DNA of 64,000 nt from Candidatus Tectimicrobiota bacterium (GCA_016192455.1 JACPUC010000006.1:186001-250000); one strand, 5' to 3'. Positions 36,422 to 47,010 are shown, numbered from the stretch's first letter. Notes: generated by a model from the letters alone, not told the origin. Numbers and translations: made by a program.

Positions 36422-36970
36422 ATGCCTGGCATTCCCTCCAAGATCTTTCTGACGCGTGGCGTGGGTTCTCACAAGGAACACCTGACCAGCTTCGAGATGG
36501 CGCTGCGCGATGCCCACATCGCCGAGTTCAACCTCGTCAACGTCTCCAGTATCTTCCCTCCCCACTGCAAGGTTATCACACGCGATGAGGGATTGACGCA
36601 GCTCTTCCCAGGGCAGATCTGCTATGCGGTGATGAGCCGCAACAGCACCGATGAGGCGAACCGTCTCATTGCCGCCTCGATCGGCATGGCGATCCCAGCG
36701 GATACGAACCAGTACGGCTACCTCGCCGAGCACCACAGCTTCGGGCAAAGCGAAGAACAAGCCGGGGAGCATGCCGAGGATTTGGCCGCATACATGCTGG
36801 CGACGATCCTGGGAGTTGAGTTCGACCCCGACAAGAGCTACGACGAGAAGAAAGAAATCTGGCGCATCTCCGGGAAAATCGTGGAGACCCAGAACATCTG
36901 CGCCGCCACAGCCGGCGTGGCCAACGGCATCTGGACCACCGTGGTGTCGGCCGCCGTGCTGGTTCCGTAG
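36422..36970 (+). CDS. pdaD: Pyruvoyl-dependent arginine decarboxylase
   Basis: IFLTRGVG, SFEMALRDA, FNLVNVSSIFPP (Ser-Ser self-cleavage site), YGYLAEHH, WTTVVSAAV. Confidence 0.92.
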   Translation: MPGIPSKIFLTRGVGSHKEHLTSFEMALRDAHIAEFNLVNVSSIFPPHCKVITRDEGLTQLFPGQICYAVMSRNSTDEANRLIAASIGMAIPADTNQYGYLAEHHSFGQSEEQAGEHAEDLAAYMLATILGVEFDPDKSYDEKKEIWRISGKIVETQNICAATAGVANGIWTTVVSAAVLVP

Positions 36971-37207
36971 CGGCGGACCGTGCGGCGCGGAGGCGCAGGC
37001 GCGGCGAGGCCCGCGGGCGGGGCGGCCTGGCGCGCCGCGTGGGCGCGCGGAAGCTCCTGAGGCTCGAGGCGCCATCGGGCTGACGCCGTGTCCGGGGAAT
37101 TGTCTCCGCCGACGAGGCGGGAGCCGGGAGATGTTCTCGGCAGGCCGAAGTGAGCCTGCGACGGTGACATTCCTCGCCGCGCAGCGGCGTGAGCGCATCT
37201 CCGAGTT

Positions 37208-38101
37208 GTGGCGCTGAGAACTGTGCATTTCCTCGATCTTGACCCTCCTCTCCGAGACCCCGCAACTTCCCGAGTCGCCGTTATCCCCGTTCCTTTCGAG
37301 CAGACCACCTCCTACGTCAGAGGGACGTCGCGATCTCCGGCGCGCATCATCGAAGCCTCGGCGCAGGTCGAGTTCTACGATGAAGAGCTGGGCTGCGAAC
37401 CGTGCGAGGTTGGCATCACAACCTACCCCGGGCAGCACCCCAGCGACTGGCCGGTCAGCATGGAGGCCATGCTGGAGCGGGTGGAGCGCCTCGTCGAGCA
37501 AGCCTGCGCGGCTCGTCACTGGCCTCTCCTCCTGGGCGGCGAGCACACCCTCACCCTCGGCACCGTCCGCGCCCTGCTGCGCCGCACCCCTGGTCTCTGC
37601 GTCCTGCAGCTCGACGCCCATGCCGACCTGCGGCAGGAGTACCAGGGCGCCACGCTCAACCACGCCAGCATCGTCGCCAGGCTGCGCGAGCTCTGCCCCG
37701 TCGTGCAGCTCGGTATCCGCGCCCTGTCGCGCCAGGAGGCGGAACGCATCCAGAGCGAGAACCTGCCGGTCATCTTTGCGCAGGAGATGAATGCCGACGG
37801 CGCCTGGATGGACCGCGCCCTCTCCGCCTTGACCGGGCCGGTGTTCCTCACCATTGACATGGATTACTTCGATCCCTCCCTCATCCCCGCCGTGGGGACG
37901 CCGGAGCCGGGCGGCCCGGGGTGGCGCGACACCCTCGTCTTCCTGCGGCGTCTCTTCGCCAGTAACCCGGTGCTCGGCGCGGACCTCGTCGAACTCTGTC
38001 CGCGTGAGGGGGACATCAACTCCGATTTCATCACGGCGCGCCTGGCGTACAAGATCATCGGCCTGCGCGTCAGGCAAGGTTTCGCCGCGGCCGCGGGGTA
38101 A
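37208..38101 (+). CDS. speB: Agmatinase
   Basis: PFEQTTSY, GGEH, DAHADL, DMDYFDPS, GTPEPGG, DLVELCP; adjacent to pdaD. Confidence 0.9.
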   Translation: MALRTVHFLDLDPPLRDPATSRVAVIPVPFEQTTSYVRGTSRSPARIIEASAQVEFYDEELGCEPCEVGITTYPGQHPSDWPVSMEAMLERVERLVEQACAARHWPLLLGGEHTLTLGTVRALLRRTPGLCVLQLDAHADLRQEYQGATLNHASIVARLRELCPVVQLGIRALSRQEAERIQSENLPVIFAQEMNADGAWMDRALSALTGPVFLTIDMDYFDPSLIPAVGTPEPGGPGWRDTLVFLRRLFASNPVLGADLVELCPREGDINSDFITARLAYKIIGLRVRQGFAAAAG

Positions 38102-38475
38102 CGCTGCGCCGCGGACCTCGGCCACCTTGGCGGCGGCATAAGACCTCGGGTCGCTCCAGCAACCGGCGCCGCCGCAGCGCGAGCGACCGCCTCATCGTGA
38201 CGTCTGCGGCTGCACGCCCTCCGCAGCCGTCTGCCGGACGCGGCAAATGTAATCCAGCAGGCGCACGGTCTCAACAAAGGCGGGCAATTTACAGTCCAGA
38301 TGACTATGTTTACGAGGGGGAAAGAGAGGGGAGTTCGGGACGGGCGGAGCGTGCTTGCGTCTCGCCCGACTCACGCCGGGAGCAGCAGACACGCCAACCC
38401 CTGGAGCAGGGCTGCGAAGGTGCGAGCGCGGCCGTTGCCGACGTTGATCGCCCACGCACAAAGGAGAGTGCCACT

Positions 38476-40464
38476 ATTCCTAAGCTGCACGGCAACCTCA
38501 CGGGGCTGAAACCAAGCCAAGTCAGGCGGATTGAAAACATTCACCGCAGGCGCCTCGATCCGCGGCGCATCATCACCCCCGAGCTGGCGGCCTACCTGGC
38601 GGAGCTGTCGCGCGAGACGGGGCGGCAGCTTGGGGTGCTGGTCGATCGCGGCGGCAAGATCGAGGCGGTGGTCGTTGGTGATGCGCACAGCATCGTGCTG
38701 CCGGACCTGAAGCGGCAGCGCCGTGGGAGCGGGCGGTTTCGCGGCTTGCGTTGCCTGCACACGCACCTGCGCGGCGAGCCCCTGACGCAGGACGACCTCA
38801 CCGACCTGGCGCTCCTCCGGCTCGATCTCATGCTTGCCTTGCAGGTGGGGGAGGACGGCCTGCCGGGCGCCGTCGTCTACGCGCATCTGGTCCCCCTGAC
38901 GGCGGAGGGGGCCGGCGTTGACGGCGGTGACGGCGAGCCCTGGCGCCGCTTCAGCATCCCCCATCCGAATCAGCTCACCGAGAACTTCCTCGACCTCGTC
39001 CGCGCCCTGGAGGAGGAGTTTGCGCGCGCTCCGCAGGCCCGCGATGTGCGGGACGGGCGCGAGCGGGCCATCCTCGTGGGGGTGGCGATCGGCGACCGCG
39101 GCCGCGCCGAGGAATCCCTGGCGGAACTGCGCGAGCTGGCTCGCTCGGCGAACATCCTCGTCCTCGACAGCGTTCTGCAGCGCCGCAAAGCTCTCGACCC
39201 CAGGTTCCTCATCGGTCGCGGCAAGCTCGATGAGCTGATCATCCGCAGCCTGCGGCGCGACGCCGACGTCATTCTCTTCGACCACAACCTCACGCCCGGC
39301 CAGGAGCGCATGATTGCCGATCGCTCCGACCTCGCCATCATCGATCGCACCCAGCTCATCCTCGACATCTTTGCGCAGCGCGCCCGCAGCCGCGACGGCA
39401 AGCTCCAGGTGGAGTTGGCCCAGCTCCGCTACCTCCTGCCACGCCTGGTGGAGAAGGATACGGCCATGTCGCGGCTGACCGGCGGCATTGGCACGCGCGG
39501 CCCGGGCGAGACGAAGCTGGAGATCAACCGGCGCCGTGTGCGCAGCCGCATCCAGGTGCTCGAGCGCGCCCTGGCGCAGCTCTCCCGCGAACGTCAGGGG
39601 AGGCGCGCCCGCCGCCTCAAGGGGGAGCTGCCGATTCTCTCCATCGTCGGCTACACGAACGCCGGCAAGTCGACCCTGCTCAATGCCCTGACGAAGAGCA
39701 CCACGCCGGCCGAGAACCGTCTCTTCTCCACCCTCGATCCGGTCAGCCGCCGCTTGCGCTTCCCGCGCGACCGCGAGGTGATCCTCACCGATACCGTCGG
39801 CTTCCTGAGGGATTTGCCCCCGGACCTCGTGGCCGCCTTCTCCGCCACCCTCGAGGAGCTGCACGACGCTGATCTGCTCCTGCACGTGGCGGACGCCAGC
39901 GATCCGGCCCTGGAGAAGAAGATCGAGGCGGTGGACCGGCTGCTCGAAAGCCTGGAGTTGCATGGCATCCCGCGCCTCCTGGTGCTCAACAAGATGGACG
40001 CGACCAGCCCGGAGACGCTCTCGAACCTGCAGCGGCGCTACGACGCCGTTGCCACCTCGGCGCTCGATCCGAGCACCTTTGGGGCGCTTCTGCGGCGCCT
40101 CCAGGAGCACCTCTGGGCGCGGGGCGAGCGTGCGCTCGCCGCCGGCGAGGGGCGTGATGAGGACGCCTGGAGCGATGCGCGCGAGGAGACCGATACGGCA
40201 GGGACGCAGGCGGAGCGCGAGCTGGCGACGGCAGCGGCGGCAAGTCTGGAAGGCATCGGCGGTCCACTGCACGCCGCCGCGGCGGCAAATGGGGGAGTTG
40301 AGGGCGGAGATGAGTGGCGGTTAGCGAATCAGCCAGTCGAAGCGGAACCAGCCGAGACCGAAGAGCTCCGAGATGGTGGCGAAGACAAGAAGGATAACAT
40401 ACGCGGCCAGCAGCCCGATGACGATCTCGCCCGCGTGCTTTTTATGGAAGGGCAGGGTGCCTGA
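38476..40464 (+). CDS. hflX: Ribosome-splitting GTPase HflX (long N-terminal form), probable ATT start
   Basis: [11 protein letters not shown]-terminus, [42 protein letters not shown] 9 nt upstream of in-frame ATT 38476. Confidence 0.93.
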   Translation: MPKLHGNLTGLKPSQVRRIENIHRRRLDPRRIITPELAAYLAELSRETGRQLGVLVDRGGKIEAVVVGDAHSIVLPDLKRQRRGSGRFRGLRCLHTHLRGEPLTQDDLTDLALLRLDLMLALQVGEDGLPGAVVYAHLVPLTAEGAGVDGGDGEPWRRFSIPHPNQLTENFLDLVRALEEEFARAPQARDVRDGRERAILVGVAIGDRGRAEESLAELRELARSANILVLDSVLQRRKALDPRFLIGRGKLDELIIRSLRRDADVILFDHNLTPGQERMIADRSDLAIIDRTQLILDIFAQRARSRDGKLQVELAQLRYLLPRLVEKDTAMSRLTGGIGTRGPGETKLEINRRRVRSRIQVLERALAQLSRERQGRRARRLKGELPILSIVGYTNAGKSTLLNALTKSTTPAENRLFSTLDPVSRRLRFPRDREVILTDTVGFLRDLPPDLVAAFSATLEELHDADLLLHVADASDPALEKKIEAVDRLLESLELHGIPRLLVLNKMDATSPETLSNLQRRYDAVATSALDPSTFGALLRRLQEHLWARGERALAAGEGRDEDAWSDAREETDTAGTQAERELATAAAASLEGIGGPLHAAAAANGGVEGGDEWRLANQPVEAEPAETEELRDGGEDKKDNIRGQQPDDDLARVLFMEGQGA

Positions 40465-40725
40465 CGGGAGGGGAGGAGGCTGCTGAGCTTCTGCCGCCGC
40501 GGAGACTTCCCCTGCAGCCGGTGGCGGGGCCGCCGCCACCTCGGAGGGTGCCGACGCGGCGGCGGAGGCCGGCGCAGCTTCAACGGCTGCCGCGGCGGCG
40601 GAGACCGTCGGCGCAGGAGCTCCCTCGCTTGCCCTGGGCTGCGGGCCGGTGCGGGGTGCTGGCCTCGGCTTGGCTCCTTTGCCAGTTCCCCCCTTCGCTG
40701 TCCTGCGGCTCTTTTTTTTTGCCAT
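40321..40725 (-). CDS. Small membrane protein with basic/Ala-Pro N-terminus and C-terminal TM helix
   Basis: MAKKKSRR...[28 protein letters not shown]; has its own upstream promoter. Confidence 0.6.
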   Translation of the reverse strand: MAKKKSRRTAKGGTGKGAKPRPAPRTGPQPRASEGAPAPTVSAAAAAVEAAPASAAASAPSEVAAAPPPAAGEVSAAAEAQQPPPLPSGTLPFHKKHAGEIVIGLLAAYVILLVFATISELFGLGWFRFDWLIR

Positions 40726-40883
40726 GTCGTCAGTGCACGTGCGACGGAAGCGATGCGTAGCAGGCCGTTGCGCTGCGCCGCGGCTCCACTCCCTTGGACT
40801 CCCCCAAGCCCTGCCCGCGCCCGGTTGTTCGGCACGGCGCCGGGGGCTTGCACCCCCGTGGCGCGGCACTCCTTTTCGCAGTT

Positions 40884-40912
40884 ATAGTAAAGCCGCCCGG
40901 CAGCGCTGTCAA
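40884..40912 (-). promoter_or_regulatory. Putative sigma70 promoter (minus strand)
   Basis: TTGACA-17 bp-TACTAT on the reverse strand. Confidence 0.65.
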
Positions 40913-41409
40913 CGCAGAGGCGCGGGCTCGCCACCGGGGAGGGTGAGGGGGATGCGGCGCATTGCGAAGACCTTGTTGAGCAGCCCAGGCAGCATTGGGG
41001 TGAGCGGATAGGCGCTGATCTCCGCGAAGGGAATCCAGCGGGCCTCCACAATGTCGGACCCCGGGCGCAGCCTGCCGGAGATGTACTCGGCGAGGAAATC
41101 AAGGATCGTGTAGTGATGGAAGATGCGCCCCTGCGTGTCGGGCACGATGCGGTCTACGTAACCGATCAGCTCGGTCGGCCTGATGGTGATGCCGCATTCC
41201 TCGAGAATCTCCCGCTGCGCCGCGGCGTGCAGCGTCTCGCCGAGTTGCACGGCGCCGCCGGGGAGGCTCCAGGCGCCGTACGAGGGCTTCGTCGCCAACA
41301 GGAGGCACCCGGCGTGGATGACCACCGCTCCCACGGCGACAATCGGTCGGCTTGGATACTCACGCTGAAAATCCTTCGACGCATCTGGCTGAGTGTTGGC
41401 TGCGGTCAC
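40909..41409 (-). CDS. Nudix hydrolase
   Basis: REYPSRPIVAVGAV; Nudix box WSLPGGAVQLGETLHAAAQREILEECG. Confidence 0.9.
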   Translation of the reverse strand: MTAANTQPDASKDFQREYPSRPIVAVGAVVIHAGCLLLATKPSYGAWSLPGGAVQLGETLHAAAQREILEECGITIRPTELIGYVDRIVPDTQGRIFHHYTILDFLAEYISGRLRPGSDIVEARWIPFAEISAYPLTPMLPGLLNKVFAMRRIPLTLPGGEPAPLR

Positions 41410-41852
41410 GCACTCTCTCCCTGATCCCGCGTGCGGGGCTGGCGAATGAGGGGACTCGCCGCGGCCGGGCAGGAGGCCCCGTTGCCTGCGATGGATACGT
41501 CCGCTGGAGGCTTCTGCTCTGGGCACGTCTGCTCCGAGCGTTTCCGAGCCAGGCGGCGCCGAACGGGGAAACCCCTTGCTTGGGGGTCATCGCCTCAATA
41601 TATTAAAAAGGTTTATGAGGCGCGGGCAAGTCGGCTTCGCAAAGGGCGGCGTGTCGGCCCCGCGCGGCGGCCCGCCTTTTGATGAACCGCCGCATGCCGC
41701 GGCGGCGCGCCGGGGTCCGCGTCAACAGAGGGAGTGGGCGGTGGCTGAGCTTGGGAGCGCCCCGGCGCCGCAGCGTAGGCTCTGCGCCGCCACCACTGAT
41801 CGCGCAAGGACTGCACGCCATCTCATTTGATGACCGCGGAGGGAGCAAACCG

Positions 41853-42092
41853 ATGGCCGATTCGATTACCATGTACTCCACCACCTGGTGAGCCGCCTGC
41901 AGGGTGGCCAAACGGGTTTTGGACCAGCTTGGTGTCGAGTATCGCGTGATTGACGTGGAAGAGGATGAAGAGGCGGCGCGGCGCGTCATGGAGCAGAACA
42001 AGGGTAATCGGACCGTGCCGACGTTCCAGATCGACGGCGCCTGGTACACGAATCCCGATCCGGCGACCCTCGAGCGGTTGGTGCGTGGTTGA
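41853..42092 (+). CDS. Glutaredoxin/mycoredoxin-like (NrdH/YruB-type) selenoprotein, UxxC motif; in-frame TGA 41889-41891 read as Sec
   Basis: MADSITMYSTTW-TGA-AACRVAKRVLDQLGVEYRVIDVEEDEEAARRVMEQNKGNRTVPTFQIDG; RBS GGAG; TGA at the first Cys position of the CxxC; hairpin downstream. Confidence 0.85.
41892..41927 (+). promoter_or_regulatory. Putative bacterial SECIS element
   Basis: CCAAA-CGGGT-TTTGG stem-loop (41908-41922) extended by GGT/ACC; loop starts 22 nt after the UGA and has G at position 2. Confidence 0.55.
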
Positions 42093-42195
42093 GCGCCGTC
42101 GCGGCAAAGGGGCGGCGCCGCGGCGGCGGGGGTCGGCGCTGGCCGCGCGGCGGCCAGGATGAGGTGAAGCGTTGCCTCGGCTGCGGGGTTGAACG

Positions 42196-42453
42196 ATGCG
42201 GGTGACGGTGAAGTTCTTCGCGGCGCTCCGGGAGGTGGTGGGAAGCCGCGAACTGCAGCTCCAACTTGACGACGGCAGCACGGTGGCCAGTCTGCTCGAG
42301 CGTCTCAGCCGCGAGTATCCCCGCCTGGGGGCGCTCTGTCAGGCAGCCGCCCCGACGGTGAACCAGGAGTACAGCTCGCTGGGCGCCGAGCTGCACGAGG
42401 GAGACGAGGTGGTGTTCATCCCCCCGGTGAGTGGAGGCTGCGATGATCTGTAG
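42196..42453 (+). CDS. moaD: Molybdopterin synthase sulfur carrier MoaD with a 4-residue extension after GG
   Basis: MRVTVKFFAALRE...VNQEY...GDEVVFIPPVSGG-CDDL*. Confidence 0.88.
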   Translation: MRVTVKFFAALREVVGSRELQLQLDDGSTVASLLERLSREYPRLGALCQAAAPTVNQEYSSLGAELHEGDEVVFIPPVSGGCDDL

Positions 42454-42892
42454 GATCACCAGAGACAAGATCGACACCCCGGCACTCCTGGAGGCGGTGA
42501 AGCATCCCGAAGCGGGGGCGGTCCTGGCATTTGAAGGGATCGCGCGCAACAACTCGCTCGGGCGGCGCGTTCTCTACCTGGTGTACGACGCCTACCCGGA
42601 AATGGCCGAGAAGAAGCTGCGGCAGATCGGCGAGGAGATCGCCGCCAAGTGGGGCATCACCCGGCTGGCGATGGTGCACCGCATCGGGCGCCTGGAGATC
42701 AGCGAGGCGAGCCTGGTGATCGCGCTGGCGTCGGCGCACCGCGCCGATGGGTTTGCGGCCTGCCGCTACGCCCTGGAGCGCATCAAGGCGATCCTGCCGG
42801 TATGGAAGAAAGAGGTGTGGGAAAACGGTGAGGAGTGGATCGAGGGGAAGGACTTCGCCCCCTTCGACCAGGAGGCGGCCCTGAAACGCTGA
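42443..42892 (+). CDS. moaE: Molybdopterin synthase catalytic subunit
   Basis: GAVLAFEGIAR, AYPEMA, HRIGRL, SAHR, PVWKKE. Confidence 0.95.
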   Translation: MICRITRDKIDTPALLEAVKHPEAGAVLAFEGIARNNSLGRRVLYLVYDAYPEMAEKKLRQIGEEIAAKWGITRLAMVHRIGRLEISEASLVIALASAHRADGFAACRYALERIKAILPVWKKEVWENGEEWIEGKDFAPFDQEAALKR

Positions 42893-43049
42893 CGGCTGGG
42901 TCGCTGGGGAAGGCTGCGCTCCATCCATTCCCGAGGGCGGGAGGGTGGCCGTGCCCGGCGCCGCGGCTGGAGGATTGGCCACCCTGGTGGTGGAGAAGCT
43001 GCGGCGGCATCTCGGATACGCACGGCATCGGCAAGGAGCCCTGAGCAGC

Positions 43050-43886
43050 ATGCCCAAATTCGCCGATCTTCACATGCACTCGACCTGCTCCGATGGCCAG
43101 CGCTCGCCCGCCGAGATGGTGCGCGCCGCGGCCCAGGTCGGCCTGGACGCCATCAGCCTGACGGACCACGATGAGGTCGGCGGCCTGGACGAGGCGATCG
43201 CCGAGGGACGCGCCTGCGGAGTTGAGGTGATTCCCGGCATCGAGCTCAGCGTCATTATGGACGGCCGGGACATCCATCTCCTCGGCTATTTCTTCGATCA
43301 CCACGACCTGGAGCTGCGGGACTTCATCCGGCGCTTCAATGAGTGCCGCCTTCAGCGGGTGCATGCGATGGTGCGGCGCCTGGCGGAGCTGGGCGCGCCC
43401 CTGGAGGTGGAGGCGGTGCTGGCGAAGTCGACGCATGGCGCCATCGGCAGGCCGCACGTCGCCGCGGCGCTCCTCGAGGCCGGCCACGTCGCCTCGGTGT
43501 CCGAGGCGTTCGAGCGCTTCATCGGCAATGACGGACCGGCCTACGTCGCCAAGTATCCCTTCACCCCGGAGGAGGGCGTGCAGCTTATCCACCGCCTCGG
43601 TGGGGTGACCTCCCTGGCTCACCCAGGCTTGTACCCCGACGACGGCATCGTCGAGCGGTTTGTCACGGTCGGCGTGGACGGCCTGGAAATCGAACATCCG
43701 AAGCATACGGAGTCCCAGCGCTCGCGGTTTTACAGGATCGCCCGCGAGCATGGCCTGCTGGTGACTGGAGGCTCCGATTGCCATGGCGATCGCTTCGGTC
43801 TCCAAAGTCTCGGCGGCTTGAAAATCCCCTATGCCAGGGTGGAGGCCCTGCGGGAACGCGCCGCGCGCGTCGACACCCAGTCGTGA
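43050..43886 (+). CDS. PHP-domain phosphoesterase (YciV/TrpH-like)
   Basis: DLHMHSTCSDG, TDHD, GIELS, HLLGY, GRPH, AHP, GGSDCHG. Confidence 0.92.
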   Translation: MPKFADLHMHSTCSDGQRSPAEMVRAAAQVGLDAISLTDHDEVGGLDEAIAEGRACGVEVIPGIELSVIMDGRDIHLLGYFFDHHDLELRDFIRRFNECRLQRVHAMVRRLAELGAPLEVEAVLAKSTHGAIGRPHVAAALLEAGHVASVSEAFERFIGNDGPAYVAKYPFTPEEGVQLIHRLGGVTSLAHPGLYPDDGIVERFVTVGVDGLEIEHPKHTESQRSRFYRIAREHGLLVTGGSDCHGDRFGLQSLGGLKIPYARVEALRERAARVDTQS

Positions 43887-43954
43887 GCGATGCGCCGGGC
43901 CGGCCTGGCGGCAGGCCGGATGACCTCAATCCGTGAGGAGAGCGAGCAAACTGG

Positions 43955-44851
43955 ATGGCAAGTATCGTTGATCTGCACATGCATTCCTACTACTCCGATG
44001 GCAGCTTCAGCCCGCGGGCGCTGGTGGCGCGTGGGGCCGTCCTCGGCCTGCGCTACCTGGCGATCACCGATCACGATGAGGTGCAGGCGCTCCCCGAGGC
44101 GCGCGCCGCCGGCGCCGAGCATGGCGTGGCGATCATCCCCGGCATCGAGATTTCGACGCGCTACGACAACCTCGGCCTGCACATCCTCGGCTACTGCTTC
44201 GACGCGGACCACCCCGCCATGCGGGCCCTCGTGGCCCAGCAGGCGAGGAGCCGCAACGAGCGCGCGGAGCAGATCGTGGCGAAGTTTACCGACCTCGGCT
44301 TCGGGCTCGACTTCGACGCCATCGCCGCGCACGCCCGGGGCGCCCTCTCGCAGCCCCTCATCGTGCATGCCCTGCTGGCGAGCGAGCGCAACCGGCAGCT
44401 CCTGCGGCGGCGCGGGCACGAGGCGACGCACGAGACGCTCTACCGGCACTACCTGTCGCGCGGCGGGCCGGCCTACGTGCCGAAATTCAGCCCCGACAGC
44501 CGCGAGGCCATCGACCTCCTTCATACCTGCGGCGGCGTGGCGGTTCTGGCGCACCCTTCGGTGGACCTCTGGCCCGACCGCCATGACCTCCTCAATGACC
44601 TGGCGGAGGCCGGCCTCGATGGTCTGGAGGTTTACAGCAGCAACCACAGCGAGGAGATGACTGCAGTCTACGTCCGCTGCGCCCGCGAGTATGGGCTCCT
44701 CATGACCGGCGGCAGCGATTTCCATGGCGAGGCGGTGCCCGAGTTCGACCTAGGCAGCGGCTGCAAGGGGAACCTCGACATGGGCGTGGAGATCGTCGAG
44801 GACCTCTACCAGCGACACGCGGACTTTCTCGCGGGGCGCGCGGCGGGGTAA
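43955..44851 (+). CDS. Second PHP-domain phosphoesterase (tandem paralogue)
   Basis: DLHMHSYYSDG, TDHD, GIEIS, HILGY, AHP, GGSDFHG. Confidence 0.92.
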   Translation: MASIVDLHMHSYYSDGSFSPRALVARGAVLGLRYLAITDHDEVQALPEARAAGAEHGVAIIPGIEISTRYDNLGLHILGYCFDADHPAMRALVAQQARSRNERAEQIVAKFTDLGFGLDFDAIAAHARGALSQPLIVHALLASERNRQLLRRRGHEATHETLYRHYLSRGGPAYVPKFSPDSREAIDLLHTCGGVAVLAHPSVDLWPDRHDLLNDLAEAGLDGLEVYSSNHSEEMTAVYVRCAREYGLLMTGGSDFHGEAVPEFDLGSGCKGNLDMGVEIVEDLYQRHADFLAGRAAG

Positions 44852-44933
44852 AGGCGGCGGAGCCGGCGCGGGGGGTTCGTCACTGCGCCGTCCCGAAGCG
44901 GCACCAGGCGGGAGAGCAGCGCAGGAGGCGCGG

Positions 44934-45433
<500 letters not shown>

Positions 45434-45437
<4 letters not shown>

Positions 45438-46639
45438 GGCCCCTGAAAGAGCTCATCTCCCTGGGAGAAGCGCGCGGCATCTGGGAAGCGGCGGCGAAGC
45501 CACTGCGGCGAACCGAAACGGTCTCCACGCTGCAGGCGCTGCATCGCATCCTGGCCCAGCCGCTGGAGGCCCAGCTCGATGTGCCCGGCTTCGCGCGCTC
45601 CGCCATGGACGGCTATGCCCTGCGCTCGAGCGACTCCTTGCCGGCAGAGAAGAATCGTCCCCTGCGGCTGCGCTGCGTCGAGCGCATCTACACCGGTCAG
45701 GTGCCGCAGCGCCCCATCCGGCCGGGAGAATGCGCCGAGATCGCCACCGGCGCCATCCTGCCCGAGGGGGCCGATGCCGTCATCATGGTGGAGCAAACCG
45801 AGGCGGAAGGGGACGAGGTGCTCATCTACCAGGCCCTCGTGCCGCGCGCCAACGTCATCCAGCGTGGCGCGGACATCGCCATGGGAACTGTGGTGCTTCA
45901 GGAGGGGGCCTTCATCAACCCTAGCCGCCTGGGGGTGCTCTGCGCCCTCGGGGTGCAGCAGGTGACCGTGTACGACCGGCCGCGCGTGGCGATCATCCCC
46001 ACCGGCGGCGAGGTGGTGCGACCCGGTGAGGAGCTGCAGCGGGGGCAGGTCTACGACATCAACTCGTACACCCTCGCCAGCATCGTCCTCGAGGCCGGCG
46101 GCGAACCCTTCATCCACCCCATCGTCGAGGATCACCAGGAGAAGATCATCGCCGCCATGGAGTCCTGCCAGGAGACCGACCTCTTCGTCTTCTCCGGCGG
46201 CTCCTCGGTGGGGACGCGCGATCTGATCCTCGACATCTGCACCCGCCTCGGCGAGGTGCTCTTCCCCGGCATCGCCGTGAAGCCGGGGAAGCCGACGCTC
46301 CTCTCCACCTGGGGCGAAAAGCTCATCCTGGGGATGCCGGGCAACCCCACCTCCTGCCTCTCGAACGCCTACATGATCCTCATGCCGGTCATCCGGCGCC
46401 TGGGCCGTCTGCCCGAGGTGCACCGCCAGGTGGCCCACTACCCGCTGAGCCGTCGCCAGCCCTCCACCCTTGGGCGGCATGAGTTCCTCACCGTGCGCAT
46501 CGCCAATGGCGAAGCCATGCCGGTCTTCAAGTCGTCCGGCGACATCACCAGCATGTCCCTCGCCGATGGCTACATCGAGATCGCGGCCAATGTCGACCTC
46601 ATCGAGAAGGGGGAGCGGGTCGCGGTGACGTTCCTGTAG
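45434..46639 (+). CDS. moeA: Molybdopterin molybdenumtransferase MoeA
   Basis: RSAMDGYA, IATGAILPEGADAVIMVE, GGSSVG, KPGKP, MPGNPTS. Confidence 0.95.
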
Positions 46640-46699
46640 AAGATGCCGCGGGACTCGTCGTTGAAGGCCTGACGATGCCGCGCCGCAGAGACATGTTCA

Positions 46700-46966
46700 A
46701 TGTTCCGCGAGCCTGAGCGTGCGGGGCTGAAGGAGAGGGTCGAAGAGGTCCTGCGCACCATCCGACCCTACCTGGCGGCCGACGGCGGCAATATCGAGCT
46801 GGTGGCGGTGGAGGGCGGCTGCGTCAAGGTCCGTTTGCTGGGGGCTTGCGCCGGCTGTCCGAGCTCGCGGGAGACGCTGCGCTTCGGCGTCGAGGCGACC
46901 CTCAAGGAGTACGTGCCGGAAATCTCCGCGGTGATCGCGGTGGAGGCGGGTGGGTGTTCGTCGTGA
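46700..46966 (+). CDS. NifU/Nfu-type Fe-S cluster carrier
   Basis: IRPYLAADGGNIELV...LLGACAGCPSS. Confidence 0.9.
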   Translation: MFREPERAGLKERVEEVLRTIRPYLAADGGNIELVAVEGGCVKVRLLGACAGCPSSRETLRFGVEATLKEYVPEISAVIAVEAGGCSS

Positions 46967-47010
46967 TTGGTGGTGCTGCATGATTCGAGTCGAGGGCGCG
47001 GAAATCCCCC

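Noticed and set aside
41572-41607. Second NrdR-like site (CTCAATATATTAAA) between the Nudix and redoxin genes
   Set aside because: Weak match, better explained as a minus-strand -10 element (TTGCCC-18-TAATAT) for the Nudix gene
41889-41891. TGA as evidence of genome-wide recoding (code 4 or 25)
   Set aside because: Many genes here end at TGA exactly at their conserved C-termini (e.g. guaA ...TIEWE-TGA), so TGA is normally a stop
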